Shown piece by piece: positions 1-10,484 of a stretch of 26,971 bases of DNA. The DNA comes from Macrostomum lignano (taxonomy: Eukaryota). How positions within the stretch are numbered: position 1 is the first letter of the stretch; each line of letters starts with the position of its first letter. The notes beneath the pieces were generated by a model, which was not told the DNA's origin, ran no database searches, and saw only the letters and a list, made by a program, of their open reading frames with translations. The DNA lies in the NCBI GenBank assembly GCA_002269645.1, contig NIVC01005075.1, positions 1 to 26,971 on the forward strand. Reading direction: 5' to 3'. Position numbers and translations under genes: made by a program.

Positions 1-29
1 TGAGGACAATGGTGTGAGCTCATTATCTC

Positions 30-190
30 CTACTTCTTACAGACTCCTGGATTCATTCTACTCCTTACAGACTCCTGGCTCCATCTACTCCTTACAGACT
101 CCTGGCTCCATCCTACTCCTTACAGACTCCCGGCTTCATCCTACTCCTCGCTCCATCCTACTCCTTACTGACTCCCGGCTTCATCCTACC
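30..190. repeat. Minisatellite, 27-28 bp unit (ctactccttacagactcctggctccat), about 6 degenerate copies
   Basis: Direct reading of repeated actccttacagactcc motifs. Confidence 0.85.
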
Positions 191-203
191 CATACCTTGG
201 CAG

Positions 204-322
204 ACAACTTGCTCACGTCGACCATGGATTGGTACTTGGAAGTTCGAAACGCAGACAGATTGAAACGGTTCGCAGAGCCCATTGTGCCAGATTCTCTTAA
301 TCTGAAAGCGGCAAAATGGTAG
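204..322 (+). CDS. Probable terminal coding exon of an unidentified gene entering from the left (..DNLLTSTMDWYLEVRNADRLKRFAEPIVPDSLNLKAAKW*)
   Basis: Acceptor-like ccttggcag ends at 203; open frame to TAG at 320-322; AATAAA at 392-397; donor-like gtgtga/gtgagc at 12-19 with the 27-bp repeat lying between as intron. No family recognised. Confidence 0.4.
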
Positions 323-641
323 TACAGGGGGGGGGGGGTTATTATCCTATAGCTCTTAGTCAATGCTCCAGGAGTATAGATATATCCTAGCAATAAAGTT
401 AAGGAACAACATAATTACTTGAATAATGACAAAATATTCAAGTATTACAAAATTACCTGGCCGAAAAAAAGGACACGCGCTAAAAGTATAATTCGATTAA
501 AAAAAACAAGATTTGTTGTATATAGAAATAAACACGCAAGCAACCCAAAGAGATCCATGCCAAATAAAAATGTTATTGTGCTTGAATACTGGATAGGATA
601 AGTCCTCTAAAAAGAACGAAAGCACGAGAGCTTAATTTTAA

Positions 642-930
642 CTATCGATTATCTGGCTGGCCCTCAACCACCACCCCAATCTTTTCTATCCCTGCTAGCC
701 CCACTTTATTACTGTTGGCTTGCGGTTCTTCACTAGAGCCTTGCGATAGGCTATCGATTATCTGGCTGGCCCTCAACCACCACCCCAATCTTTTCTATCC
801 CTGCTAGCCCATTTTATTACTGTTGGCTTGCGGTTCATCACTAGAGGCTTGCGATAGGCTATCGATTATCTGGCTGGCCCTCAACCACCACCCCAATCTT
901 TTCTATCCCTTCTAGCCCCACATTATCAAT
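642..930. repeat. Tandem repeat, ~108-109 bp unit, 2 full copies plus a diverging third
   Basis: ctatcgattatctggctggccctcaaccaccacccc starts at 642, 751 and 859. Confidence 0.92.
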
Positions 931-1682
931 GCTTTCTTGCCGTCCTTCATCAGCAGTGTCTTGTGCGTTTGGGTAAGTCTATCGATTTTCCAGTTAGCTC
1001 TAGATAAAACTTTGCTATTATATAAATTAGCAGACTACCGCCTTCTTTAACTTTAATTGACCTTGAGGTGCAACATGATTATATGATTATTTAATGCTTG
1101 TTCATTGAGAGATTAGTAAATTAGTGAGATCATTAATCTCAGCGAGATTAGTAAACGAAAACAAAACATAAAACTAAAATTGACCGAACAAACAAGCAGG
1201 CAATTAATGTTTTAGTACTACAAGTACTACATACATACTACACAGCCAATTAACAAAATTGCATAGAAATAAAACATTGAAAAAACGAACGATTCCCCGT
1301 TCAAGACAAGCCATGGGAATGTTGAAAGCGACTAAAATGAATTAGCTATCTACCGCTCAAAGAAGAAATTAAATTTCTAATTAAAGACAGAATACTCGTC
1401 CCTGAACCATGCTACTTCTACAAGTAGAATGAGGCAAATCACTTAATAGTAGAGGGTTGCACTTGTTTCTCCAAATGTATTCAACCAAGCACACGGTAAC
1501 TAAGGCTGCTGTATTGAGAGTCATATCAGCAAACGCGTTGATTGTTCAAAAACAATCGGCAATAATCATAGCCTTCAAACTGCGCCATAAACTGAAGGCG
1601 ATGCAATCCGATGCAGCAGGAAACACACTTACACTTTGAGAGCGCGGGATTTGGGTACTTGGTGAAGCTGACGGGTTGCCGC

Positions 1683-1731
1683 CTATAGCAACCTCGATTT
1701 AGTTGTTGGCGACTTGCGCGCTGTTGCAATT
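1683..1731 (-). CDS. CDC14: Candidate terminal exon of CDC14 (R|IATARKSPTTKSRLL*)
   Basis: Minus-strand acceptor ttttgtag (AG at 1733-1732). Phase fits a phase-2 donor at 4070 if the suspected missing base at 4191-4194 is restored. Ends in TAG at 1685-1683. No homology evidence for this tail. Confidence 0.35.
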
Positions 1732-1960
1732 CTACAAAACGCGGCACACGAGATTTACATCACGCTTAGGTCTAATATGGATTACCTCTAGAACCAGCCG
1801 ATCCACTCTAACATCCATCTACATGTACGAGTAGACTAAGGCGTTGAAGTTCATCTCGTGCTAATCTCGTGTGATTTGGAGCCGATTCCCGACAATTTAT
1901 CAGCGGCATTTTCTTACGGCGATTTGGCTAAGGCGAGAAGCGATTCTCCCGGTGGTTAAG

Positions 1961-2675
1961 AGACGGTTCTCACAGTGAGTTTAAGGCAACTCTCATGGTG
2001 ATCTAGAGGTGGTTCTCACAGTGAGTCTAAGGCAACTCTCATGGTGATCTAGAGGCGGTTCTCACAGTGAGTTTAAGGCAGCTCTCATGGTGATCTAGAG
2101 GTGATTCTCATGGTGATCTAGAGACGGTTCTCACAGTGAGTTTAAGGCAACTCTCATGGTGATCTAGAGGTGATTCTCATGGTGAACTAGAGACGGTTCT
2201 CACAGTGAGTTTAAGGCAACTCTCATGGTGATCCAGAGGTGATTCTCATGGTGAACTAGAGACGGTTCTCACAGTGAGTTTAAGGCAACTCTCATGGTGA
2301 TCCAGAGGTGATTCTCATGGTGAACTAGAGACGGTTCTCACAGTGAGTTTAAGGCAACTCTCATGGTGATCCAGAGGTGATTCTCATGGTGATCTAGAGA
2401 CGATTTTAATGGTGATCTAGAGACGATTCTCATGCTGATCTAGAGACGGCTCTCATGGTGAACTAGAGACGATCCTTATGGTGATCTAGAGACGATTCTC
2501 AAGGTAATCTAGAGACGATTCTAATGGTGATCTAGAGACGATTCTCATGCTGATCTAGAGACGGCTCTCATGGTGAACTAGAGACGATTCCACAGTGATT
2601 TTGAGGCGACTCTCCGGTAATTTAGAGGCAATTCTCACAATGACTTATAGACGCTTCTCACGGTGATTTAGAGAG
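1961..2675. repeat. Minisatellite with 23-bp monomers organised as 46-bp dimers, then 69-bp trimers, then monomers
   Basis: Monomer A ttctcacagtgagtttaaggcaa, monomer B ctctcatggtgatctagaggtga. Anchors at 1961, 2007, 2053 (46 bp apart) and 2122, 2191, 2260, 2329 (69 bp apart). Confidence 0.9.
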
Positions 2676-3633
2676 GGTTTTTTACTAACTGGGATTTTGG
2701 AATGGACTTTAGATCTATTATGTCTATTAAGTCTATTATCTATTATTATGTGTAGTATCTATTAAGGGACAATTAGACTTTATTGAACTTATTAATTTAC
2801 AAGAAAGTTCTAGCGAAAATCGAACATTACAGAATGGAATAGATTACTAGTCAATTTCGCCCCTATTTCCTACTCAAAGAGTCTCAGAAAGAAAACAATT
2901 ATCTCACTAGTTGAGACACATCAAGCATAGTCAGGCAAACACAGTTAAAATTGAAAAGCAAAATTTATAATAAAAAAATCAACGATCTAAAAGTCGTAGA
3001 CAATAATTATGCTCCAACTCATTATAACAGAAGAAATGATAATGAAATAGCACATATAGTCGAATGAAATAAAAATGAAAAGAGGCAACAGAGAGACACA
3101 GCATTTCCTAAGCGTGTTTTAAGAAATAGTTGAAGCGCACAGAGAGGTCAGACAGACAGGCAGACAGGCAGGTTTGCAAGACTCATCTCTCTTTCTCTCG
3201 TGCTTAACAATTAGGAGACAAAAAGCACAGAGATGGCCATCTATTATTTGCGATTTCAAATTCATTCCGGTCTCACATATGCACTAAATGTAGGTGCAAG
3301 GTTGATGCAACGCCCTATAGCTTTTGTCTGAAGCTCGAGCTCGAGAAGGGGTAAAGCGAGTCTAGCTTTGGCGTAAAACCGGCCGCGAAAAAATGCAGGT
3401 TGAAATGACAGAACAGAGTTAGAGAGAAGAGATAGGGCCAATAGTTTACACTGGGAAAGGTAGGAGAAACCAGTTCGAGTTTCTCTTTCGTAGCCCAGCT
3501 ACCATTCATTTTTCTCTGGCATGGAACTATTTCGCACTTTTACTTTAGTTTAATAAGCTTTTAGTGACTGAAATATTCATTTATTCATTTATTCAGGGCA
3601 CAAAAACTTGAAGAAAAAAGGACGCAGAGGCGA

Positions 3634-4010
3634 TAATCTCAGGGACACAAAAGCGCCAATCTCCGAGGCAAGGGACGCCAACCTCAGAAACATAGGGGCG
3701 CCAATCTCAGAGACAGGAGCGCCAACCTCAGAAACATAGGGGCGCCAATCTCAGAGACAGGAGCGCCAACCTCAGAGACACAAGGGCGCCAATCTCAGAG
3801 ACACAAGGGCGCCAATCTCAGAGACAAAAGGGCGCCAATCTCAGAGACACAAGGGCGCCAACCTCAGAGACACAAGGGCGCCAATCTCAGAGACACAAGG
3901 GCGCCAACCTCAGAGACAGGGGCGCCAACCTCAGAGACACAAGGGCGCCAACCTCAGAGACACAAGGGCGCCAACCTCAGAGACAGGGGCGCCAACCTCA
4001 GAGACAGGGG
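3634..4010. repeat. Intronic minisatellite, 20-23 bp unit (gggcgccaa[t/c]ctcagagacacaa)
   Basis: Repeated ggcgccaa-ctcaga core; lies just past the CDC14 donor at 4069. Confidence 0.92.
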
Positions 4011-4069
4011 CTTCAACAATAAAATCGACAAATCAGTAAAACTGACGGTCCACAGCAGGCTGCACTCAC

Positions 4070-5087
4070 CGCCTATCGTGCCGCAGCACTGTGGCCGACG
4101 AATAGGCCGGCGGCCTGGCAGCATACGAGGACGCACCAGCCGTTGATGCCGTGCTGGCTGTCGGCACCGAAGTCGACGTGACCAGACGAGCCCCGGGCCG
4201 CCAGTTGACGTTGTAGAGGTAGCGGCCCGAATTTTGGCCCGATGCTGATAGTCGGCGGACGGTGCGCCAGTTGAGGTCATCGCCACTGTAGACGCTGTAG
4301 ACGTTCTTGACAGATTGGGCCGGCCGGAGGACGACAGCGCCGACGTTGATGCCGGGTGCGCCAGCCGGATGCGTCGGTTCCGCTCGGCCTTGGCGTGGTT
4401 CAGCCGGTCGCCCTGGGTCTCCTCTTCGTTCTCGTTCACAACAGCCGGCTGGCTGGACGACGGCTGGTGAAAGCCGGCGCTCATGCTGCGCGTCACCGGG
4501 CCCTGCAGCGGGCGGCCCGCGGACAGAGCGGAGGGCGCGGTGCCGCCGCCGCCGCCGCCGCTGCTGCCGGAATCGCGGTTCTTGCGCGCCCTGAGCAGAT
4601 CGCCCTGCAGCCAGCACTTTGCCTGCTGCGACTCCAGCCAGTCCTGCTGCGGGCCAAGCACGGACCCCGGTCGGCAGATGCGGCACCAGGCGATGGACTC
4701 GGCGGCTGTCATGCGGTAATGCTTCATCAGGTAACAGGCGATTAGGGTGCCGGTGCGGCCCAGTCCGGCCTTGCAGTGGACTGCAACGGCGCCCTGCGTC
4801 TCCTCTGAGATGCGCAGGAACTCCTGCATGATGTCATCGGTGGGACAGGAGCCGTCAACAAAGAACAAATCGTAGTGCCGAAAGCCGGCCGCCGTGAACC
4901 GTTTGGCATCGTAGAGGCGCATGTTCAGCCGCACTACTGTGGTGACGCCGTGCTTGCGAAAGTAAGGAAAATACGCCTCCGGCGTGTGCAGCGGATAGCC
5001 GTCCCGCAGGCTGCTCTGCTCGTGTGGGCCGCAGAAGGCGATAAATTTGCCGGGAATGATCCAGTTCAGGTCGCCGTTCTCAACTTG
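4070..5087 (-). CDS. CDC14: CDC14 phosphatase, large exon: catalytic DSP domain plus Ser/Thr/Ala-rich tail
   Basis: Translates [22 protein letters not shown]...[24 protein letters not shown]...[49 protein letters not shown], the CDC14 signature with intact HCx5R loop (4755-4778), followed by TQGDRL. Acceptor tttcag (AG at 5089-5088), donor gtgagt at 4069-4064. Probable 1-nt indel at 4191-4194. Confidence 0.96.
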
Positions 5088-5117
5088 CTGAAATGGGTTG
5101 ATTGCCGTACATTATTG

Positions 5118-5626
5118 CACACTGACAGCGGTGACAGACTGGGATAGAGCACACTGACAGCGGTGACAGACTGGGATAGAGCACACTGACAGCGGTGACA
5201 GACTGGGATAGAGCACACTGACAGCGGTGACAGACTGGGATAGAGCACACTGATAGCTGTGACAGACTGGGATAGAGCACACTGATAGCTGTGACAGACT
5301 GGGATAGAGCACACTGACAGCGGTGACAGACTGGGATAGAGCACACTGACAGCGGTGACAGACTGGGATAGAGCACACTGATAGCTGTGACAGACTGGGA
5401 TAGAGCACACTGACAGCGGTGACAGACTGGGATAGAGCACACTGATAGCTGTGACAGACTGGGATAGAGCACACTGACAGCGGTGACAGACTGGGATAGA
5501 GCACACTGACAGCGGTGACAGACTGGGATAGAGCACACTGACAGCGGTGACAGACTGGGATAGAGCACACTGACAGCGGTGACAGACTGGGATAGAGCAC
5601 ACTGATAGCTGTGACAGACTGGGATC
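5118..5626. repeat. Intronic minisatellite, 32-bp unit (cacactgacagcggtgacagactgggatagag), ~16 copies, two variants
   Basis: Near-perfect tandem copies; variants acagcggtg and atagctgtg; fills almost the whole CDC14 intron 5088-5648. Confidence 0.97.
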
Positions 5627-5648
5627 GCCTCAAACGCGACTAACTTAC

Positions 5649-5858
5649 CTCATAGTGCTCGTATTCTTCAACGTTGAAATTTTCAAAGTTAAAAAAGCCG
5701 TGTAGAAGAGCTTTGCTAACCGCGTGCAGGCAGTCCAGCAGGGTCAAATTGTACGTGCAAATGCCGTAGCTGGCGTCCCGGAACGGCAGATAGTGCAGGC
5801 CGGAGCCGCCAACCAGAGGCATGTAGGCCTCTTCCGGTGTTTTCTTCAGGTAGATAAT
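5649..5858 (-). CDS. CDC14: CDC14 exon ([70 protein letters not shown])
   Basis: Matches the CDC14 N-terminal domain motif PFRDAS-G-C-Y-LT-LDC; acceptor AG at 5860-5859, donor gtaagt at 5648; 210 nt, phase 0/0. Confidence 0.96.
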
Positions 5859-6372
5859 CTAAATTAATTGCGTTAGGGTTTCGCAGTACTCAGCTGGATA
5901 GAAGTGTGGATTATGACTTGGGTTGCATAGCCAGCAGTTGAAATCTGATCACTTCCTCCAAAAGGCCGAATAAGCAGTGAGAAATTTGATGAAGGACAGA
6001 GTGAACTGTATATACTTGTGGCTAGAAATTGGTTTACTTTTAAATTTCGACCCGAAAGACATTCAAAAACGATCGATAAAAGCCTGTTTTAAACAAATAT
6101 TTCTATCGGTATTTTTTGTGCCTGTAGAATATTAACAATACACAATATATATAGTATCTTCAACACTACAGCACAGACAAGAGAGCACTAGCGAGTTGGA
6201 ACCGAACACTGGGAAGGGGGTGTGGCAGCTGTTTTCTTTCTGGCCATTCGGGAAGAAAGAAAGAATTGCAAAAGCAGACTAGAAGAACTAGGAGGCTACG
6301 GGAGCAGGAATGAACCACACGAGACCAGAGCAAGTATGAAAATTCAATATCTCTAAAGTGTCATTTGCATAC

Positions 6373-6541
6373 CTGATAAGCTCCGACCAAGAAGGCAGCG
6401 TTAGCTCTCTTCTTAGGATTGACGCACGTGTAGTGCACTATTCGCTTCTTGGACAGGGAGAACGATTTGAACTTCTTGTTGAGCCTGCAGCAGTACTTGT
6501 ACAGCATGGCCAGGTTGAGCGGCCCGAAATCTGCGTAGAAG
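6373..6541 (-). CDS. CDC14: CDC14 exon (N|[56 protein letters not shown])
   Basis: Hallmark [11 protein letters not shown] and KRANAAFL motifs; acceptor ttcag (AG at 6543-6542), donor gtatgc at 6372; 169 nt. Confidence 0.96.
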
Positions 6542-6654
6542 CTGAAATGCGGGGCGCATCGGGTGCACTAAAATACCACTAACCACCTGCAAGTTGCGAT
6601 GCAAGCTACTATTGCATGCAGAAGCACAAATATCTGACAATGGCCTGGGTATTG

Positions 6655-6868
6655 GCAGTAATAATATTTAATAACAATAATAACTTATTACACCTGCCCA
6701 CCCTCAATTACCCCAGCTAATGCTGGCACCCATTTTACAGCTGGGTGAACTGAAGCAATGCAGAGTCAAGTGTCTTGCTCAATTACACATTGTTCCAGTG
6801 GGAGCGGGAATCGAACCCCCGACCTTAAAAGCTGTGAGTCTGACACTCTAACCACTAGGCTGCAATCC
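6655..6868 (-). mobile_element. tRNA-derived SINE with CORE-like central domain and TTA-rich tail
   Basis: Minus strand reads gcagcctagtggttagagtg (Pol III A box) ... ggttcgattcc (B box, 6817-6807), then gagcaagacacttgac...cagttcacccagctgtaaaatgggt (resembles the CORE-SINE core), ending in ttattattgttatt. Confidence 0.8.
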
Positions 6869-6914
6869 CGAATCTTAAGAGCAATGGCAGTATAACTGAG
6901 GAAGTTGGGTAATG

Positions 6915-7144
6915 GCAATGTACTGATACCTGAGCAAGTGAGTAGCTGCAATGTACTGATACCTGAGTAAGTGAGTAGCTGCAATGTACTGATACCTGAG
7001 TAAGTGAGTAGCTGCAATGTACTGATACCTGAGTAAGTGAGTAGCTGCAATGTACTGATACCTGAGTAAGTGAGTAGCTGCAATGTACTGATACCTGAGT
7101 AAGTGAGTAGCTGCAATGTACTGATACCTGAGTAAGTGAGTAGT
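6915..7144. repeat. Intronic minisatellite, 33-bp unit (gcaatgtactgatacctgagtaagtgagtagct), ~7 copies
   Basis: Near-perfect tandem copies immediately next to the SINE head. Confidence 0.96.
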
Positions 7145-7184
7145 CGCAGTCTACTAATTGTTAATGCTGACTAAATTTACTTAC

Positions 7185-7275
7185 TTGGCATACACCAGCT
7201 CATCATCAATGGAGAAGTAATGTGTGCTGTTGGTGCTCTTTGGAGTTGTCTGCAGAGTAGCAAAGTAAAATCGAT
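7185..7275 (-). CDS. CDC14: CDC14 exon (D|[29 protein letters not shown]|N)
   Basis: Matches CDC14 DRLYFATL...HYFSIDEELVY; acceptor tttag (AG at 7277-7276), donor gtaagt at 7184; phases agree with both neighbours. Confidence 0.93.
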
Positions 7276-8624
7276 CTAAAAATGTAAAATAAGATTAGCA
7301 AATCAGTTAGACAATTCAAAATACTTTCAAAATAATAAATTTCTTAAAAGTACTCGCCTATAGACATTCAAAAGCTAAGCAAATTTATTAAAATATCTGA
7401 AATATCCGATCTTTTTGGCTATTTGAAACAAAAAATTATTGTTGAATAACTCTATTGTTTCTTTAAAGGGGCTAAGGTTACTAATATTAAACTAAAGATA
7501 ACAATCATAAGCCAATATATAGTAAAGGATTTTTAGTATATAGGATATTTAGATTAGAATTTTTTATTTTAATAAAAGTTTTATTGCTATTTTCCTAATT
7601 ATTAAACTATTAGATAGCAATTTATAATTCACTAGTATAAAAAAATATATACAAAGCAATTAATTGCAAATGTTTATAAAAATGCACATGCTAATAACAA
7701 TGTCACAGTTAATTTTTTCATTTATAATCACTATAACTATAACTATTAAGCAGCAAGCCTATTTCTTATAGATAAGATATATATAGAAAAATAGCAAATA
7801 GCTTTCATAAGACCATAAAAAGTAGATACATATTGAAATGAGTAGCTTAATGATAAAAGTATATATTCACAATCTACATTGATTAAGGCTCTAGCTTATC
7901 TAGTTGTCTCTAATTTAAATTCTTTAAAAGCAAAATATAACTCTAATATTTTAAACCAAATTTTTATGCTAAAAGACAATTTAATAATAGACAATTTGGT
8001 AATGGATAATTCAGTGACACTCAAACAAAGATAGTTTTTTTTTAATTTTTAATCATATGTTTTAAAAGGCTTTTGTCAATTTTATATTGCCTAACTCTCA
8101 TAAAACTTGGTCTCAACCAATAAATGAATATAATTATGGCTAATTTTAAAGTATTATATTTTAAAATATAATGTTCTAGGCATTGTTTATTATTAAAATG
8201 ACAATTTTATTGTTTAATTTATTAATTATATAGAATAGAATAAGGCTAAAGAGTTGCAACAAGCAATATAAAAATATAAGGTACAATTTGAACTTTCATC
8301 ACAATGCCATAGGGCACTAGGTTTTTTTGTGCAATAAGGATGCCAAATCATATCTTAAAATTAGACCTTGGATATTATTTTGCATTCTAGTTTGCATTTG
8401 CATTCAGATAGGGTATATTTTCCTTTTATATAATTTATTTGTCTAATATATTAATAAATTCTATTATTACCAAATGTTTAATCCTTTAAATACTTGTCAT
8501 TAGATTTATCACATACTCATATATCTTATATTACATACTATTAATATATATCTAAATTTATAGCATAAATAACATGATATAGACTTAAGCTTAATACTTA
8601 GCCAACTAAGCCATATGGTAATTG

Positions 8625-8745
8625 GTTGTTTTACCCCTAAACCATTTTGGCCTTATGTTTTGCCCCTAGACCATTTTGCCCATAGACAATTTTGCCCATA
8701 GACCATTTTGCTCCTAAGCCAATTTAGTCACAATAGTTTAGCCAA
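8625..8745. repeat. Short degenerate ~15-bp array (accattttgcccatag)
   Basis: Repeated ccattttg/ttttgccc motifs within an AT-rich intron. Confidence 0.65.
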
Positions 8746-9060
8746 GGTTGAGGCAAATGCCTAGACTTGCAGAAAGTTGACAGATTTTTTTCTTGAAACT
8801 TTTTATGAAATGCTATATGTCTTTAGATTATCATTAGCAAATTTATTATTAATTTCAATCACAACTCACAAATTGTATTATAATTATAAAGAAAAATGGC
8901 TTTGATTATTATGTAGTTTATTGCAAGTATGCTCCTAGAAAAATAATAACATTAACAATACTTTTATGATCGAGCAGCAAATTGTACTTGTGTCGCAGCA
9001 TTTATATCATATTAGACCTAAAGTGCAGGTTATAAATGACAATTTGAATTTTACACTTAC

Positions 9061-9133
9061 CTTTTATAATTTCAGCTGCACTGACAACTACTGATGACAA
9101 AGATTCGTCATCATTAAAGATTCCTTCTTTCAT
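9061..9133 (-). CDS. CDC14: CDC14 5' coding exon (MKEGIFNDDESLSSVVVSAAEIIK|D)
   Basis: ATG at 9133; AAEIIK-D aligns with the CDC14 xCEFMKD position; donor gtaagt at 9060 in phase 1, matching the next exon. The frame stays open to an acceptor at 9171-9170, so the N-terminus may be longer. Confidence 0.8.
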
Positions 9134-10138
9134 CGAAAACTCTCTTGTTGGTCGAACCTGCTTAACCCCCTGTAAAATTTATACAAGAAGTCTTAAAAAT
9201 CTAAATAAATTTAATTGTCTTTTAATAAAATCTGCATGAAATCGGCAGTGCAGGTGCAAACTACAAAATGTTAGTAGGAATGAATAAATATAATACAATA
9301 TATGTTATATATCTAAATATATATATCTTCGACTTAAGACTTATTCTCTAGCTCTAGACCATATACATCAATTACAATCTCTTTAATTCTAAATTTGAAA
9401 CAAATTTAAATTTTGCGAAAATAGGAACATCGGCGTCCAAAGCGATAATTGAAGTATAACAATTTAACTTTTTCATTAGACTAATCCATATACTAAAAAT
9501 AGAGCTACTAAAAAAGCCGATAGCTTTTTGCTTATTTATATATTCCTTACAGATTGTGTTGGTTCTGTGATGAATAGTACGCAAAGCATATGTACGTGTG
9601 TGCATTTCTGCTCTTCTAACTCCTTGGTTTTTGGATTTGACGAAAAAGAAACCGACTGGATGGTGTTGAAATTCAATTTATTTAATATATCTTTGTAGTG
9701 ACAAACCTGAAAAACCAGCAAATCTCATTCTTCTGTATTCTTCTGTTTCTACATATATAATATTCATATGAAGTTACTTATTGTTGTAGATGCATGTCGA
9801 TACACATGATATATGTGCACATGCGCAGCAAAAGACGAAAGTAAATAGATTTGAGTTTTCTTTGGTCCGTACATGTAATAAAGGATGATTAGTATAACGT
9901 ATATACTTACTTAAAGTAGTCCTTCATGCTGTGATACCGTACCGCGGATATATGTGCATTAAATTCCAAAACATATATACGTGGTCCTTGTCGCAAGCTT
10001 GCGTAAATCGATGCATTATACGCAGGTAGTCACAGGTAAGCTACGACTCGTCTCAATGTTGTAGTGTCTCTGTCTATTAGAACTCGCAATGCAGCAACAC
10101 TTCGCGAGAATTTTTCTATGGTACTTACTTTTGCGAAA

Positions 10139-10384
10139 TCGCCCATCATAAACCCGAAATATCACAAACTCGAAATATCATAACTCCGAAAGTTCTAGCA
10201 ATGTCCAACCCTATTTTGGCTTTCGGAGTTGTGATTTTTCGGGTTTATGATATTTCGGGTTTATGATGGGCGTTGCTAACACTTTCGGAGTTATGATGAT
10301 ATTTCGGGTTTGTGATTTTTCAGCGCTAATGAGCAATGCTATTTTGGCTTTCGGAGTTGTGATTTTTCGGGTTTATGATGGCGA
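10139..10384. mobile_element. Foldback/MITE-like inverted-repeat element built from 15-bp subrepeats (tttcgggtttatgat)
   Basis: 10141-10192 is a near-perfect reverse complement of 10220-10271; further right-arm copies at 10282-10320 and 10348-10384; outer ends tcgcc(c)atcataaacccgaaa / tttcgggtttatgatggcga. Confidence 0.7.
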
Positions 10385-10484
10385 CCCCACTCGTCCAACC
10401 CCTCCTTTCTTCTCCACTCAACCCCCTTTAGTTGAATTTACTCGTTACCCGTATAACCGTTTGGGCCCTGCGCCCCACTTACCA

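Noticed and set aside
327-338. G12 run as a possible G-quadruplex element
   Set aside because: Single homopolymer of uncertain length; no further support.
3954-4069. C-terminal part of the 326-aa track ORF (ECSLLW...SLRLAPLCL)
   Set aside because: Read-through past the gtgagt donor into intron and minisatellite.
4307-5147. Plus-strand ORFs overlapping CDC14
   Set aside because: Antisense shadows of a GC-rich coding exon.
5066-5633. Three overlapping Cys/Ser-rich ORFs
   Set aside because: Products of the 32-bp intronic minisatellite.
6797-6868. Possible tRNA gene
   Set aside because: It has A and B boxes but no convincing acceptor-stem pairing, and it continues into a SINE core and tail.
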